In this document: piece by piece, positions 17,499 through 26,748 of the stretch
How positions within the stretch are numbered: position 1 is the first letter of the stretch
Layout of the letters: every line of letters begins with the position of its first letter
Source of the DNA: Patescibacteria group bacterium
GTDB lineage: Bacteria > Patescibacteriota > Patescibacteriia > Magasanikbacterales > GWA2-37-8
DNA: 64,000 nucleotides
Assembly (NCBI GenBank): GCA_004321885.1
Contig: SCQK01000014.1
Location: 64,001-128,000, forward strand
Direction of reading: 5' to 3'
The notes under the pieces: generated by a model
Seen by the model: only the letters and a program-made list of their open reading frames with translations
Database searches by the model: none
Told to the model about the DNA's origin: nothing
Made by a program: the position numbers and the translations under genes

Positions 17499-19106
17499 AT
17501 GGCAGAGAAACCGTCGCCCTTGTATTTACACAAGGAAAGCAGGGCTCTTGAACAACTGAGAGACGCTTCTTTGAGTAAGGAAAAATTAACATCCGAAGAT
17601 GTTAAGGAATATGTTGACGGGGTTTTGGATGAAATAAAAACCGCCACCAGTAAAAGAAAAAAAGAAAGTATTTTGGCGAAGGCTTTGGATAAAGAAATCG
17701 TCTTGCGATATTTAAGTACGGAAGAAAGTATTTTTGATGAACAATCTAAGGATGAAATTGAGGCCAAGGCCGATGTCGACGTCAGGACAATGGTTGCCGA
17801 GCGTCTTTTGAAGGCGATAATGGAAGAATTCCAGAAGAGGGGCGAGCACGATATTAATCTTTATACTCTATTGCATGGCAGAGGGATGATTAGCAGACTG
17901 GAAAGAACAGGGGGCGTTAATAGGATATACAAAGAGCATTTAACCAAGAGAGAAGGCATGCAGGAAGCAGACAAGCAGGCAAAGTATGGCGAAGGCCTGG
18001 AGGCGGCTAAAAAGACCATGCAAAAGTATATGCGCATGCCGAAAAGCGAGCATTTATTGCATGTATTCAAATTTGATCCTGACACCATGGCAGTGATAGT
18101 TCCGGAAATTCCGAATTATACCACTTTGGCGGATGTTGCTGATTTTCCAGAAAGAAATAAGTTAGCGGAGGCGTTGAAGATTTTGCTTGGAGGGATTGAA
18201 GGCGTGGAAGAATTAAGGAGGGCGGGCTTTATCATGCAGGATATCAAGGGGCTCAATATCGTAAAAATAGAGATTGTTAGAGAAGTAGAGGATACAGAGG
18301 GCAAAAAGACAATCATAAAAGAAACAAGCGGCGCGCTTCCCGATCTTGACGGTCTCACCCGAGAAAAAGATATTAAGAAAAATACGCGGTTATTTTTTGG
18401 AACACCGGGGCACGTGCCGCCGGAACTGGGAGAGGAAAAACAAACGCGAACAGCCGAAACCGGGCAGACCGTTTCTTTGGAGAGTCCGCCGATGGCTATA
18501 GCTGATGATGAAAGTGGTCGGGTCGATTCAGGGGATACCGAAATCAATGCCGCGCCGTCGACTACAGCAGAAGACGTCGCTCCCGGCGGTATTGATAAAG
18601 GGCAGGAAAATAAAGATATTTCTCGCGACCGCACGGTATTGGCTCCGACAGCGGCCATTTCTCCGGAAGATAGCAGTCATTTAAGGCCTAAGGTTATTTC
18701 CGAATTTAACCAAGGCGGTTACAAAGAAGAGGTTTTTCAATTAGGGAGATGTCTTGAGGATATCGTGGTTGCTTTACCGCATGAAATGGAAGACAAAAAC
18801 GCGGCTTCTCGCTTAAAGGATAATTATGCGGATCTAAAGGGTTTGCCTGGGAAAGACAGGAGGTCATTTATGGCGGAACTTTCTTCTTTATATCTAAAAA
18901 TGAAACAGAGGGACCCAAAAAAAAGGCCGAATTTAGAAGAGGTTAGCGCGATTTTAAGCGGTCTCATCAGGCGGTTGGAAAGTCGAGGCGCTGATACGCA
19001 GGCAATTGCCGAAATCTCAAGAAGAATTGAAGAGATGACGCCAACTGTTTCTGATACGACGAAGACGGCGATTGTTGACACAAAAATAGTAAAAAAAGCC
19101 GCATGA
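17499..19106 (+). CDS. hypothetical protein with degenerate eukaryotic-like protein kinase fold motifs
   Basis: FIMQDIKGLNIV resembles the HRDxKxxN catalytic loop (D, K, N retained; HR replaced by MQ). LPDLDG is DFG-like. FGTPGHVPPE is GTPxYxAPE-like. Confidence 0.55.
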   Translation: MAEKPSPLYLHKESRALEQLRDASLSKEKLTSEDVKEYVDGVLDEIKTATSKRKKESILAKALDKEIVLRYLSTEESIFDEQSKDEIEAKADVDVRTMVAERLLKAIMEEFQKRGEHDINLYTLLHGRGMISRLERTGGVNRIYKEHLTKREGMQEADKQAKYGEGLEAAKKTMQKYMRMPKSEHLLHVFKFDPDTMAVIVPEIPNYTTLADVADFPERNKLAEALKILLGGIEGVEELRRAGFIMQDIKGLNIVKIEIVREVEDTEGKKTIIKETSGALPDLDGLTREKDIKKNTRLFFGTPGHVPPELGEEKQTRTAETGQTVSLESPPMAIADDESGRVDSGDTEINAAPSTTAEDVAPGGIDKGQENKDISRDRTVLAPTAAISPEDSSHLRPKVISEFNQGGYKEEVFQLGRCLEDIVVALPHEMEDKNAASRLKDNYADLKGLPGKDRRSFMAELSSLYLKMKQRDPKKRPNLEEVSAILSGLIRRLESRGADTQAIAEISRRIEEMTPTVSDTTKTAIVDTKIVKKAA

Positions 19107-19176
19107 AAATATCCAAAGATATTTTCATGATTCGTTCGGAAATAGCCGCTTACAGCGGCTATTTCCCTCACTCATT

Positions 19177-20256
19177 ATGAAAATAATGTTTTCCGGCGGG
19201 GGGACTTTGGGGCCGGTGACGCCGCTTTTGGCGGTGCACGAGATTTATCGCCGCCGCAATCCGGGGGCGAAATTTGTGTGGGTGGGCACAAAGCGCGGCC
19301 CAGAGAAAAAAATTTTGGAAAAATATAACATAGTTTTTTACGCGGTCACATCGTGCAAGTGGCGCCGCTATTTTTCTTTGCGCAACATCATAGACGCGAT
19401 TAAATTCGGCGTTGCTTTTTTCCAGTGTTTGATTTTGCTGTGGATAGAAACGCCCGACCTGCTTGTTTCCGCCGGCGGGTTCGTGAGCGTGCCTTTGCAT
19501 TGGGCCGGCGCCCTGCTGGGCATACCGGCCTGGGTTCATCAGCAAGACCCGAGCGTGGGATTGGCCAACAAATTGAACGCGCGTTTTGCCAAGAAAATTA
19601 CCACGGCCCTGCGCGACACCGCGCGATTTTTTCCCGAGAAAAAAACCGAATGGCTGGGCAACCCGGTGCGCGACCTGACAGTGGGCGATGCGCAAGCGGC
19701 GCGCGGGCGTTTGGGTTTGCCGCTGACCGGCCCGGTTATTTTTGCCTTGGGCGGCGGCACCGGGGCCTCAAAATTAAACGAGCTGGTGTTGCAATCCTTG
19801 GCTTCTCTGCCCAAGGATTGGCAGGTCATTCATCTGCTCGGCGACAGACCCATGGAAATGGCCGAGCGGGCCGCGCAGACATTTACCAATTACCATCCGC
19901 GCCAATTTTTTACTCACGAGATGAAAGACGCCTACGCGGCGGCTGATGTGGTTATCGCGCGCGCCGGTTTTGGCACCATCAGCGAGCTGGCGGCCCTGGG
20001 CAAGGCCGCGGTCATAATTCCTATGCCCGGCTCGCATCAGGAAGAAAACGCGAAATTGCTTTCAGCCAACAAAGCGGCCATCGTGCTCCGCGAAGAAACA
20101 GCTAACGGAATGAAGCTGGCGCATATCGTGGATGAGATTGCGCGCTATCCGGAATTCAAAGATTATCTCGGCAACCGCTTGCGCTCTATTTTACCGCCGG
20201 CTAGGCCCGAGAGGGTCGTGGAAATTATTGAAGAACTTACAGAATCAAAGAAATAA
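19177..20256 (+). CDS. murG: UDP-N-acetylglucosamine--N-acetylmuramyl-(pentapeptide) pyrophosphoryl-undecaprenol N-acetylglucosamine transferase MurG
   Basis: N-terminal FSGGGTLGPVTPLLAV (GT28 G-loop). The C-terminal half is GT-B. 359 aa. Confidence 0.85.
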   Translation: MKIMFSGGGTLGPVTPLLAVHEIYRRRNPGAKFVWVGTKRGPEKKILEKYNIVFYAVTSCKWRRYFSLRNIIDAIKFGVAFFQCLILLWIETPDLLVSAGGFVSVPLHWAGALLGIPAWVHQQDPSVGLANKLNARFAKKITTALRDTARFFPEKKTEWLGNPVRDLTVGDAQAARGRLGLPLTGPVIFALGGGTGASKLNELVLQSLASLPKDWQVIHLLGDRPMEMAERAAQTFTNYHPRQFFTHEMKDAYAAADVVIARAGFGTISELAALGKAAVIIPMPGSHQEENAKLLSANKAAIVLREETANGMKLAHIVDEIARYPEFKDYLGNRLRSILPPARPERVVEIIEELTESKK

Positions 20257-20299
20257 AAATTTGAACGGTGAATCGCTCGGAGAATTTGGGATTCAATGT

Positions 20300-21631
20300 T
20301 CAAATTTTTATTTCTTTGATTTTATTTTGTAAAGTTTGTTTTGATTTTACTCGCACCCGCACAAATTCCGGCGTATATCCCGCGAAGTAGCCGGATTTTT
20401 TTTGTTCAAACAGTACTGGGCGGGTTTTGCCGGTGAATTTGGCCGCGAATTTTTTGGCCTCGGCTTTGGAAATTTTGAGCAGTTTTTTTACGCGTTCGGT
20501 TTTGATTTTGTCCTGCACTTGGTTTGGCATTTTGGCCGCGGCAGTGCCAGGGCGCGGAGAAAAAGGGAAAACGTGTATTTTGGCAAAGCCCCCGCCAAAG
20601 GCGGGTCCGTCTTGGGCGGACATTTTTTTTACAAACGCGCAGGTCTCGGTGAATTCTTTTTCGGTCTCGCCCGGGAAGCCGACGATAATGTCGGTGGTAA
20701 AAGAAAACAGGGGATTGGCCTGGCGCAGTTTTTGAACAATTCCAAGATATTGTTTCGCGTTATATCCGCGCCGCATCCGTTTGAGCATTGTGTCCGAGCC
20801 CGATTGCAAGGACAAATGCCAATGCGGCATCAATCTGTTTTGTCCCCCCTTTTTAAGGGGGGAATAAAAGGGGGGTAAGAATAATTTTATTAATTTTTCC
20901 GAAATCAGCCGCGGGTCCAGCGAACCGAGCCGGATGCGCTCTATTTTTGTTTCTCGTAAAATTTTTTTCAGCAGTTCGGCCAAGTCTCCCCCACTGCCAG
21001 AGGGGGGGACGAAGGGGGGGTGGGAGCTGTCTTTGTATTGGCAAATATTTACTCCGGTCAGTACCGCTTCTTTATAGCCGTCTTTTTCCGCTTCTTTGAT
21101 TTTTTTTATCACCGCCTCGGATGGCACACTTCGCGTTCGGCCGCGGAAAGATGGAATAATACAATAGGCGCAGTTAAAATTACAGCCGGTTTGGATTTTG
21201 ATGAGAGTGCGTGTTCTATCATTGCGTAGCCGAGCGGTCGGATGTGTTCGTAGCGCCTTATGCCGCCGCAGCGGCATGGCCGAGGCCTCGCGGCCGAGGG
21301 AAGCGAGAACACATCCGACCGCTCCTCTGCGAGCTTCGCAATGGCTCACAACTTCCTCATTCCCTCTCGCCACAAAATCAATCTCGGGCAAATCCTTGTT
21401 TTCCAGACAGCCAACCGCGATTACGTACGCCCCGCGCCGTTTGGCCCGCCGAATCATCTCGCGCGTGGTCTGACTGGCGTCCACGGTCACTCCGCAGGCG
21501 CGCACCACGGCTACGTCTTCGTGCGCGCCAAAAAGCACGACAGAAAAACCTCGCTGTACGAGGTCTTTTTTCAGTTCTTCTGTCTCGGCTTGATTCAATT
21601 TGCACCCCAGGGTGTGGAATGAAATTTTCAC
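20300..21631 (-). CDS. radical-SAM tRNA methylthiotransferase (MiaB/MtaB family) with TRAM domain
   Basis: CNFNCAYCIIP is the radical-SAM CxxxCxxC box. The MTTase N-domain and C-terminal TRAM are present. Three in-frame palindromic insertions lie near 20846-20880, 20990-21030 and 21200-21340. Confidence 0.85.
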   Translation of the reverse strand: MKISFHTLGCKLNQAETEELKKDLVQRGFSVVLFGAHEDVAVVRACGVTVDASQTTREMIRRAKRRGAYVIAVGCLENKDLPEIDFVARGNEEVVSHCEARRGAVGCVLASLGREASAMPLRRHKALRTHPTARLRNDRTRTLIKIQTGCNFNCAYCIIPSFRGRTRSVPSEAVIKKIKEAEKDGYKEAVLTGVNICQYKDSSHPPFVPPSGSGGDLAELLKKILRETKIERIRLGSLDPRLISEKLIKLFLPPFYSPLKKGGQNRLMPHWHLSLQSGSDTMLKRMRRGYNAKQYLGIVQKLRQANPLFSFTTDIIVGFPGETEKEFTETCAFVKKMSAQDGPAFGGGFAKIHVFPFSPRPGTAAAKMPNQVQDKIKTERVKKLLKISKAEAKKFAAKFTGKTRPVLFEQKKSGYFAGYTPEFVRVRVKSKQTLQNKIKEIKI

Positions 21632-21632
21632 G

Positions 21633-22277
21633 CTATTCCATTAAAATGTAAGACCGAAAGCCGCCTCCATAACTCGATTCCGCGAATTGTTTTACAAAGT
21701 CATTCATCACCCTTCTGGTTGGTTCGTCTTTGATGTTTTCGTGCTGTTTGATCAGGTTGTTCAGCACGAATTTGTCCCTAAAGTCGCCTTTGCTGTTTAG
21801 GTTGGTATTGCCTATGTTGTAATGTTCAAAGAAAAATTGGTGGTCCATCTGGTCTATTATTCTTGCCACTTTCGTCTCGTCCGAATCCCCGTGTTCAAAT
21901 TCGTTGAACAGTTCCTTGAGTTCGCGTCCATCCGGTTCTTCCAGGTAGCCGGCCAAAAGCTCCATCGCTTTTTCTCCAATTTTGTTTTTATATTCGGTAA
22001 GTTCTGGGTAGCGGCGGTGCAAGGGCGCAGAGATATCACCTCCGAAAAGTTCACCCAAATCATGCACCAAGAGCATGGACATTATTTTTTCGCCGTCAAT
22101 TTTTCCGCCCTCCCTCTTTATTTTTTTCAGTAAAAAATAGGCGATAATGCAGGCGCCATAATGATGCTCGGCCAGGGTTTCAACCTCGTGCAGGCGGATG
22201 CCGCCCAAAAGATAGCCGGTGAGCGGCTGTTCTTTGGTGAGTTGTAAGATGGAAAAAAGTTTGACGAGATTTTGCAT
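21633..22277 (-). CDS. HD-domain phosphohydrolase (YfbR-like 5'-deoxynucleotidase family)
   Basis: H...HD...D motifs (LAEHHYGA, LVHDLGELFGGD). The internal ATG at 22275-22277 lies immediately after the tRNA-Lys 3' remnant. The upstream part of the 270-aa track ORF crosses tRNA-like DNA. Confidence 0.75.
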   Translation of the reverse strand: MQNLVKLFSILQLTKEQPLTGYLLGGIRLHEVETLAEHHYGACIIAYFLLKKIKREGGKIDGEKIMSMLLVHDLGELFGGDISAPLHRRYPELTEYKNKIGEKAMELLAGYLEEPDGRELKELFNEFEHGDSDETKVARIIDQMDHQFFFEHYNIGNTNLNSKGDFRDKFVLNNLIKQHENIKDEPTRRVMNDFVKQFAESSYGGGFRSYILME

Positions 22278-22280
22278 ATT

Positions 22281-22299
22281 TGTGACCCGGCTGGGATTT
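22281..22299 (-). repeat. duplicated 3' end of tRNA-Lys (T-arm 3' strand plus acceptor 3' strand)
   Basis: TGTGACCCGGCTGGGATTT equals bases 22471..22489 at the 3' end of the intact tRNA-Lys, which lies 175 bp away. Confidence 0.6.
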
Positions 22300-22473
22300 G
22301 GCCTCGCCTCTCGCTCGCTTCCGCTCGCTCGGGCTGGCCACCGCCTCGCGGTTTGGCTCGCCCATAAGCTCGCCAAACATCGCTCCGGCGTTCGAATCCC
22401 ACCGCGAGCAAAACTATTTGCTCGCTGCCGGTTCCCAAAATTCAAATCCGCCTAATTGCGGATTTTAATTTTG

Positions 22474-22546
22474 TGACCCGGCTGGGATTCGAACCCAGGA
22501 CCTCTTCCTTAAAAGGGAATTGCTCTACCAACTGAGCTACCGGGCC
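22474..22546 (-). tRNA. tRNA-Lys(UUU)
   Basis: Manual cloverleaf: acceptor GGCCCGG/CCGGGUC, D-arm GCUC-AGUUGGUA-GAGC, anticodon loop CUUUUAA, T-arm CUGGG-UUCGAAU-CCCAG, discriminator A. Confidence 0.85.
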
Positions 22547-22634
22547 GTCACTTCACTTTTAACTTATTAAATGATATACTAAATTCACAAGAAAATCAAG
22601 AGTCTGGCGTCGTTAAGACGCTATATTACGTATT

Positions 22635-23207
22635 ATGCTCAATAAAAAGTATTTTCAAAAAGTCCGGGGAGATTTGTTAAATTATGCCGGCGTGCACCGT
22701 GAGGTGATAAAAATTTGCGGTGATGCCCAGCATTTAGCCAAAAAAGCCATTTTTGCCATGCAAAGAGACGGGGGCAAAGACGCGGACAAGCTTTTGGAGC
22801 AGGCGCGCGCGCTTTTGGCCGGTCTGCAAAAAAAGCACGCCAAAGACAGCCGCGTGTTTGACGAGGGCGCCTACAAAGCGGCTATGGAGGAGTTCGCGGA
22901 AGCGGCGCTGTTTTCGGAATATTTGCGGGGCGAAGAAATGGGTGAAATAAAAAATTTAAACGTCAGTTCGGAAAGTTTCGTCGGCGGTTTGTGTGATGTG
23001 CCGGGCGAACTCTTGCGTTATGCCATCAAGTCGGCCACGGAAAAGGATTTCAAAAAAGTAAAAAAATGTTTTGACGCGGCCGATGCTGTTTTGCGTGAAT
23101 TAATGGACATGGACTTGACCGGATACAACCGCCAGAAATTTGACCAGGCCAAACAGGCCTGGTACAAGCTGGAGCAGGTGGCGTATGAGGTGAGCATGAA
23201 GGGGTGA
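22635..23207 (+). CDS. hypothetical alpha-helical protein
   Basis: 190 aa. No confident family assignment. Confidence 0.5.
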   Translation: MLNKKYFQKVRGDLLNYAGVHREVIKICGDAQHLAKKAIFAMQRDGGKDADKLLEQARALLAGLQKKHAKDSRVFDEGAYKAAMEEFAEAALFSEYLRGEEMGEIKNLNVSSESFVGGLCDVPGELLRYAIKSATEKDFKKVKKCFDAADAVLRELMDMDLTGYNRQKFDQAKQAWYKLEQVAYEVSMKG

Positions 23208-24499
23208 GTATGAAGAGAATGTTTCATTTGTTAATCGCGTGGCTGGCCTATTGGTTTTACGGCCGGCCGGCGAGAAAATTGATTGTGGTGGGCGTTACCG
23301 GCACCAAGGGTAAATCCACCGCCTGCCGGCTCATCGCTTCGGTGATGGAAGCCGGCGGGCACAAAGTCGGTCTGCTTACCACGGTGGAGTTTCAAATAGC
23401 GGACAAGCGCTGGGCCAATGACAAAAAAATGACCATGCTCGGGCGCGGGCAGATTCAAAAAATGCTGGCGGAAATGGTGAAAGCTGGTTGCCGCTATGCC
23501 GTGGTAGAGACATCGTCAGAGGGAATTTTGCAATTTCGGCATTATGGTTTGAATTACGACATCGCCGTGTTCATGAATTTGGGCGAAGAGCACAGCGAAC
23601 GTCACGGCGGATTTGCCAATTTGAAACGTGATAAGGGAAAAATGTTCGCCGGTCTGAACCGGGCGCGCCGCAAAATTATCGGCGGCAAATCAGTGCCTAA
23701 AGTTATCGTGGCAAACGTTGACGATGAAAACGCGAAATACTACATGTCTTTCGCGGCTGATGAAAAATACGAATTTGGAATGCGCGACGCGAACATTACA
23801 AAGAGCGATGAAAGCGGCGTGGAGTTCGCGGCGCAAAATGTAAAATACAAAATAAATTTAGTGGGTGAGTTCAATGTTTATAACGCCTTGGCCGCGATAG
23901 CCGTGGGCAAGTCGCAAGGAATAAGCGAAGCGCAAATCGCGGCCGGATTGGCGAGCGTGAAACTGGTGCCGGGCAGGATGGAGTTTATAAACGAAGGGCA
24001 GGATTTCAAAGTGGTGGTTGACTACGCTCATGAGCCGATGAGTTTGACCGAACTATTCAAAACTTTGCGCCGGCTGATTGGGCCGCAGAACAAAATTATC
24101 GCCGTGGTCGGCTCGGACGGCGGCGGCCGCGACAAAGGCAAGCGCGCTAAAATGGGCGAGATAGCGGGCCGGCTCACCGACCGCGTGGTTATCACTGATG
24201 TAAATTGTTTTGATGAAGATCCCAAGTCCATTGCCGAGATGCTCGCGGCCGGGGCGCGCGCGGCCGGCAAAACAGAGAGCATTGATTTGTTTATAGAGCT
24301 GGACCGTGCCAAGGCGATGGAAAAAGCAATGTCGCTGGCCGGCGCTGGCGACGCCGTGGTTATCACGGCCAAAGGCACCGAGCAGTGGATTGCCGTGGCC
24401 AAGGGCAAGAAAATTCCGTGGGACGACAGAGAAGTGGCGCGAAAAATTTTGAATCAAATACCCAGCCCAAGCAAGTGTATTAGTGTGATTAGTGAATAA
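23204..24499 (+). CDS. Mur ligase family protein (MurE/MurF-like UDP-N-acetylmuramoyl-peptide ligase)
   Basis: Mur ligase P-loop VGVTGTKGKST. Middle and C-terminal Mur ligase domains present. 431 aa. Confidence 0.75.
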   Translation: MSMKRMFHLLIAWLAYWFYGRPARKLIVVGVTGTKGKSTACRLIASVMEAGGHKVGLLTTVEFQIADKRWANDKKMTMLGRGQIQKMLAEMVKAGCRYAVVETSSEGILQFRHYGLNYDIAVFMNLGEEHSERHGGFANLKRDKGKMFAGLNRARRKIIGGKSVPKVIVANVDDENAKYYMSFAADEKYEFGMRDANITKSDESGVEFAAQNVKYKINLVGEFNVYNALAAIAVGKSQGISEAQIAAGLASVKLVPGRMEFINEGQDFKVVVDYAHEPMSLTELFKTLRRLIGPQNKIIAVVGSDGGGRDKGKRAKMGEIAGRLTDRVVITDVNCFDEDPKSIAEMLAAGARAAGKTESIDLFIELDRAKAMEKAMSLAGAGDAVVITAKGTEQWIAVAKGKKIPWDDREVARKILNQIPSPSKCISVISE

Positions 24500-24512
24500 G
24501 ATTAGTGGTTCT

Positions 24513-25151
24513 ATGTCTCTCATTAAAAAAATCCAGCCGCGCGAGGGCGAGCTCGTGGTGCGCGCGGTCTATCGCTACCAGCTGACAAACTGGTGGAAGT
24601 ACATGCTGGGTTTCGCGCTCTTGTTCGCGGCCTCGTTTTTCATGTTTCGGTTTTTTTCCTGGGGGCTTTTCGGTTACGGGCTTTTCGGCGTTTGTGTTCT
24701 TGTCGGTGCCATGTTCATTTTAAGAACATACATATTCAATCGCACGAATTGCCTTGTTATCACCGACCAGAGGGTCGTTGACATCAATCGCGTCAGCATG
24801 TTTGACGAGGTGATTTCTTCGGTCGGGCATCATGATATTTTGGACGTTTCAGCCAGGCGCAACGGCATTTTGGAAAATATTTTCAATTACGGCGGCATCA
24901 GCATTCATACCAAAAACAGCCAGTTCGCGCTGGATATCGTGAAAGTGCGCCGTCCGATTGACGTGCAGGCTGTCATTTTGGAGCTGGGCGACCGCCACTT
25001 GCGCGCCCGCGCCGCGAGCGATTCGGCCGCCGTTTGCCGCGGCTTTATCAAAATAATTCCCGAACTCTCGCAGAAAGACCTTATAGCTATCGGCAATTTG
25101 ATAAATGAACAGATAGATAAGGTTTCGCCTTTCGGAGAGCGTCAAATATGA
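24513..25151 (+). CDS. bacterial PH-domain (DUF304/YdbS-like) membrane protein
   Basis: Two TM helices followed by a bPH_2-like region. Confidence 0.55.
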   Translation: MSLIKKIQPREGELVVRAVYRYQLTNWWKYMLGFALLFAASFFMFRFFSWGLFGYGLFGVCVLVGAMFILRTYIFNRTNCLVITDQRVVDINRVSMFDEVISSVGHHDILDVSARRNGILENIFNYGGISIHTKNSQFALDIVKVRRPIDVQAVILELGDRHLRARAASDSAAVCRGFIKIIPELSQKDLIAIGNLINEQIDKVSPFGERQI

Positions 25152-25570
25152 CGAGACAAGATCGGGGCTGGAAAAAAATTTTTAATTCGCGCTTGTTTTT
25201 GTTCGCTTTGACAGGCGCGGCCGTGTTTGTAATTTTTGTTTACGTCAAAACTTATTATCAGGACTTCTTGGTGCGCCAGGAAATAGCGCGCCTGCAGGAA
25301 AGCGCCGCTGTTTTGCAGGCCAGAAAATTGGAATTGGCCCAGGCCTTGCAATACGCCAAATCCAGCTCTTTTGTGGAGGAAAAAGCGCGCACCGAGCTGA
25401 ATATGGCCAAGCCGGGCGAGCGCGTTTTGATTATCCCGGATGCCGCGGCCGGTCCGGCCGGCGTTAACGGGGAAAGCGGACAAAAAATTTATGGACAAGC
25501 CGGGAAAACTGTGGTACAATCGTCAAACGAATCAAATTTTTACAAGTGGTGGAAATTTTTTACAAGATAA
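25148..25570 (+). CDS. septum formation initiator family protein (FtsB/DivIC-like)
   Basis: Single TM plus a coiled coil (QEIARLQESAAVLQARKLELAQAL). 140 aa. Confidence 0.5.
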   Translation: MTRQDRGWKKIFNSRLFLFALTGAAVFVIFVYVKTYYQDFLVRQEIARLQESAAVLQARKLELAQALQYAKSSSFVEEKARTELNMAKPGERVLIIPDAAAGPAGVNGESGQKIYGQAGKTVVQSSNESNFYKWWKFFTR

Positions 25571-25580
25571 AAATTAAATT

Positions 25581-26594
25581 ATGCAAGAGCAAAACATGTC
25601 AGGAGGAGCGGAAAATTTTAATCAGGAGAAAAAATTTAACGGCAAAATGTTTTTGCTGGGTCTCTTGGGATTTTTGGCTTTGGCTTTGGCCGCGGCGCTG
25701 GCCGTGGGCATTTACCGCGTTTACGCCAAGGCGGCCACAGACGGCTTTACCCTGACCGTGGCCAGGGTTTTACGTTTGCCCGCGTTTAAGGCGGATGACA
25801 AGGCCGTGCTGTACGTGGATTATGCCGATGACCTGCGCGCCATTCGCGCGATGAGAGACTTTGACAAGAAAAATAACGGCGAAAACGCCGAGCTCACGGA
25901 CCAGCAGATGTCGGACCAGGTTTTGTGGCGACTGCTGAATAATGTTTTGCTGGACAAAGCCGCCAAAACATATAATTTGAAAGTGCAGGAAAGCGATTTG
26001 CGCGATTTGAAGCGCCAGGTGATGCAGAATTTCAAGAATGAAGACGAAGCGAATAAGGAAATTAAAGAAAGATACGGCTGGGATTTTGCCACCTATCAAA
26101 AAAAGGTGATGAGCCAGTATGTCTTGCAAAGCAAGCTTGACCAGGAGGTGCAGGGGGATAAAAAATTGCTTGACGAACAGTTTGTTTTGGCGAATAAAGT
26201 ACTGACCGAGGTAAAGGGCGGGGCGGATTTTGCCGAGCTGGCGAAAAAATACGGGCAGGACGGCACGGCCGCGGCCGGGGGCGATTTGGGCTGGTTTGCC
26301 AAAGGCGAAATGGTGCCGGCGTTTGAAACCGCCGCGTTCGCGCTAAAGAAAGGCGAGCTGGCCAAAGACCCGGTAGAAACCGAATTTGGTTTTCATGTTT
26401 TGAAAGTGACTGACAAGAAAACCGAGAAGAAAAAAGACGCCAAGGGCAAGACAACCTCGGTGGCGCAAGTGCGAGCCAGTCATATTCTTTTCCGTCGGCC
26501 CAACGCGTCGCAATATCTGGACAAGCTGGCGCGGCAGGCCAATTTACATTTATATATAGCCGTGCACGACCCGTTTGCCGGGTTGAAGAAATAA
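25581..26594 (+). CDS. peptidyl-prolyl cis-trans isomerase, parvulin type (SurA/PrsA-like)
   Basis: TM anchor. PpiC domain (GGDLGWFAKGEMVPAFETAAF...FGFHVLKV). Confidence 0.75.
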   Translation: MQEQNMSGGAENFNQEKKFNGKMFLLGLLGFLALALAAALAVGIYRVYAKAATDGFTLTVARVLRLPAFKADDKAVLYVDYADDLRAIRAMRDFDKKNNGENAELTDQQMSDQVLWRLLNNVLLDKAAKTYNLKVQESDLRDLKRQVMQNFKNEDEANKEIKERYGWDFATYQKKVMSQYVLQSKLDQEVQGDKKLLDEQFVLANKVLTEVKGGADFAELAKKYGQDGTAAAGGDLGWFAKGEMVPAFETAAFALKKGELAKDPVETEFGFHVLKVTDKKTEKKKDAKGKTTSVAQVRASHILFRRPNASQYLDKLARQANLHLYIAVHDPFAGLKK

Positions 26595-26635
26595 TTGGAG
26601 CGGGATACGAGAATCGAACTCGCATCTCTTGCTTG

Positions 26636-26748
26636 CCCCCACACCAATAATATTGAGCGGACGATGGGAATCGAACCCACGCCTCAACCTTGGGAAGGTC
26701 GCATACTACCATTATACTACGCCCGCGTATCGCACTATTGGTGTGGGG
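26636..26748 (-). mobile_element. palindromic-repeat-bounded insertion carrying a complete tRNA-Gly(CCC), flanked by 5-bp direct repeat CAAGC
   Basis: Terminal inverted repeats GCCCCCACACCAATA / TATTGGTGTGGGGGC (family B). CAAGC is present on both flanks (26631..26635 and 26749..26753). Confidence 0.55.
26656..26726 (-). tRNA. tRNA-Gly(CCC) (inner, intact)
   Basis: Acceptor GCGGGCG/CGUCCGC, anticodon stem CGACC/GGUUG with loop UUCCCAA, T-arm GUGGG-UUCGAUU-CCCAU, discriminator U. Confidence 0.85.

Noticed and set aside
22278-22455. N-terminal extension of ORF 21633..22445 and ORFs 22127..22438, 22180..22380, 22219..22455
   Set aside because: They cross the tRNA-Lys 3' duplicate and the 175-bp GC-rich insert. 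The HD-domain protein starts at the internal MQNLVKL.
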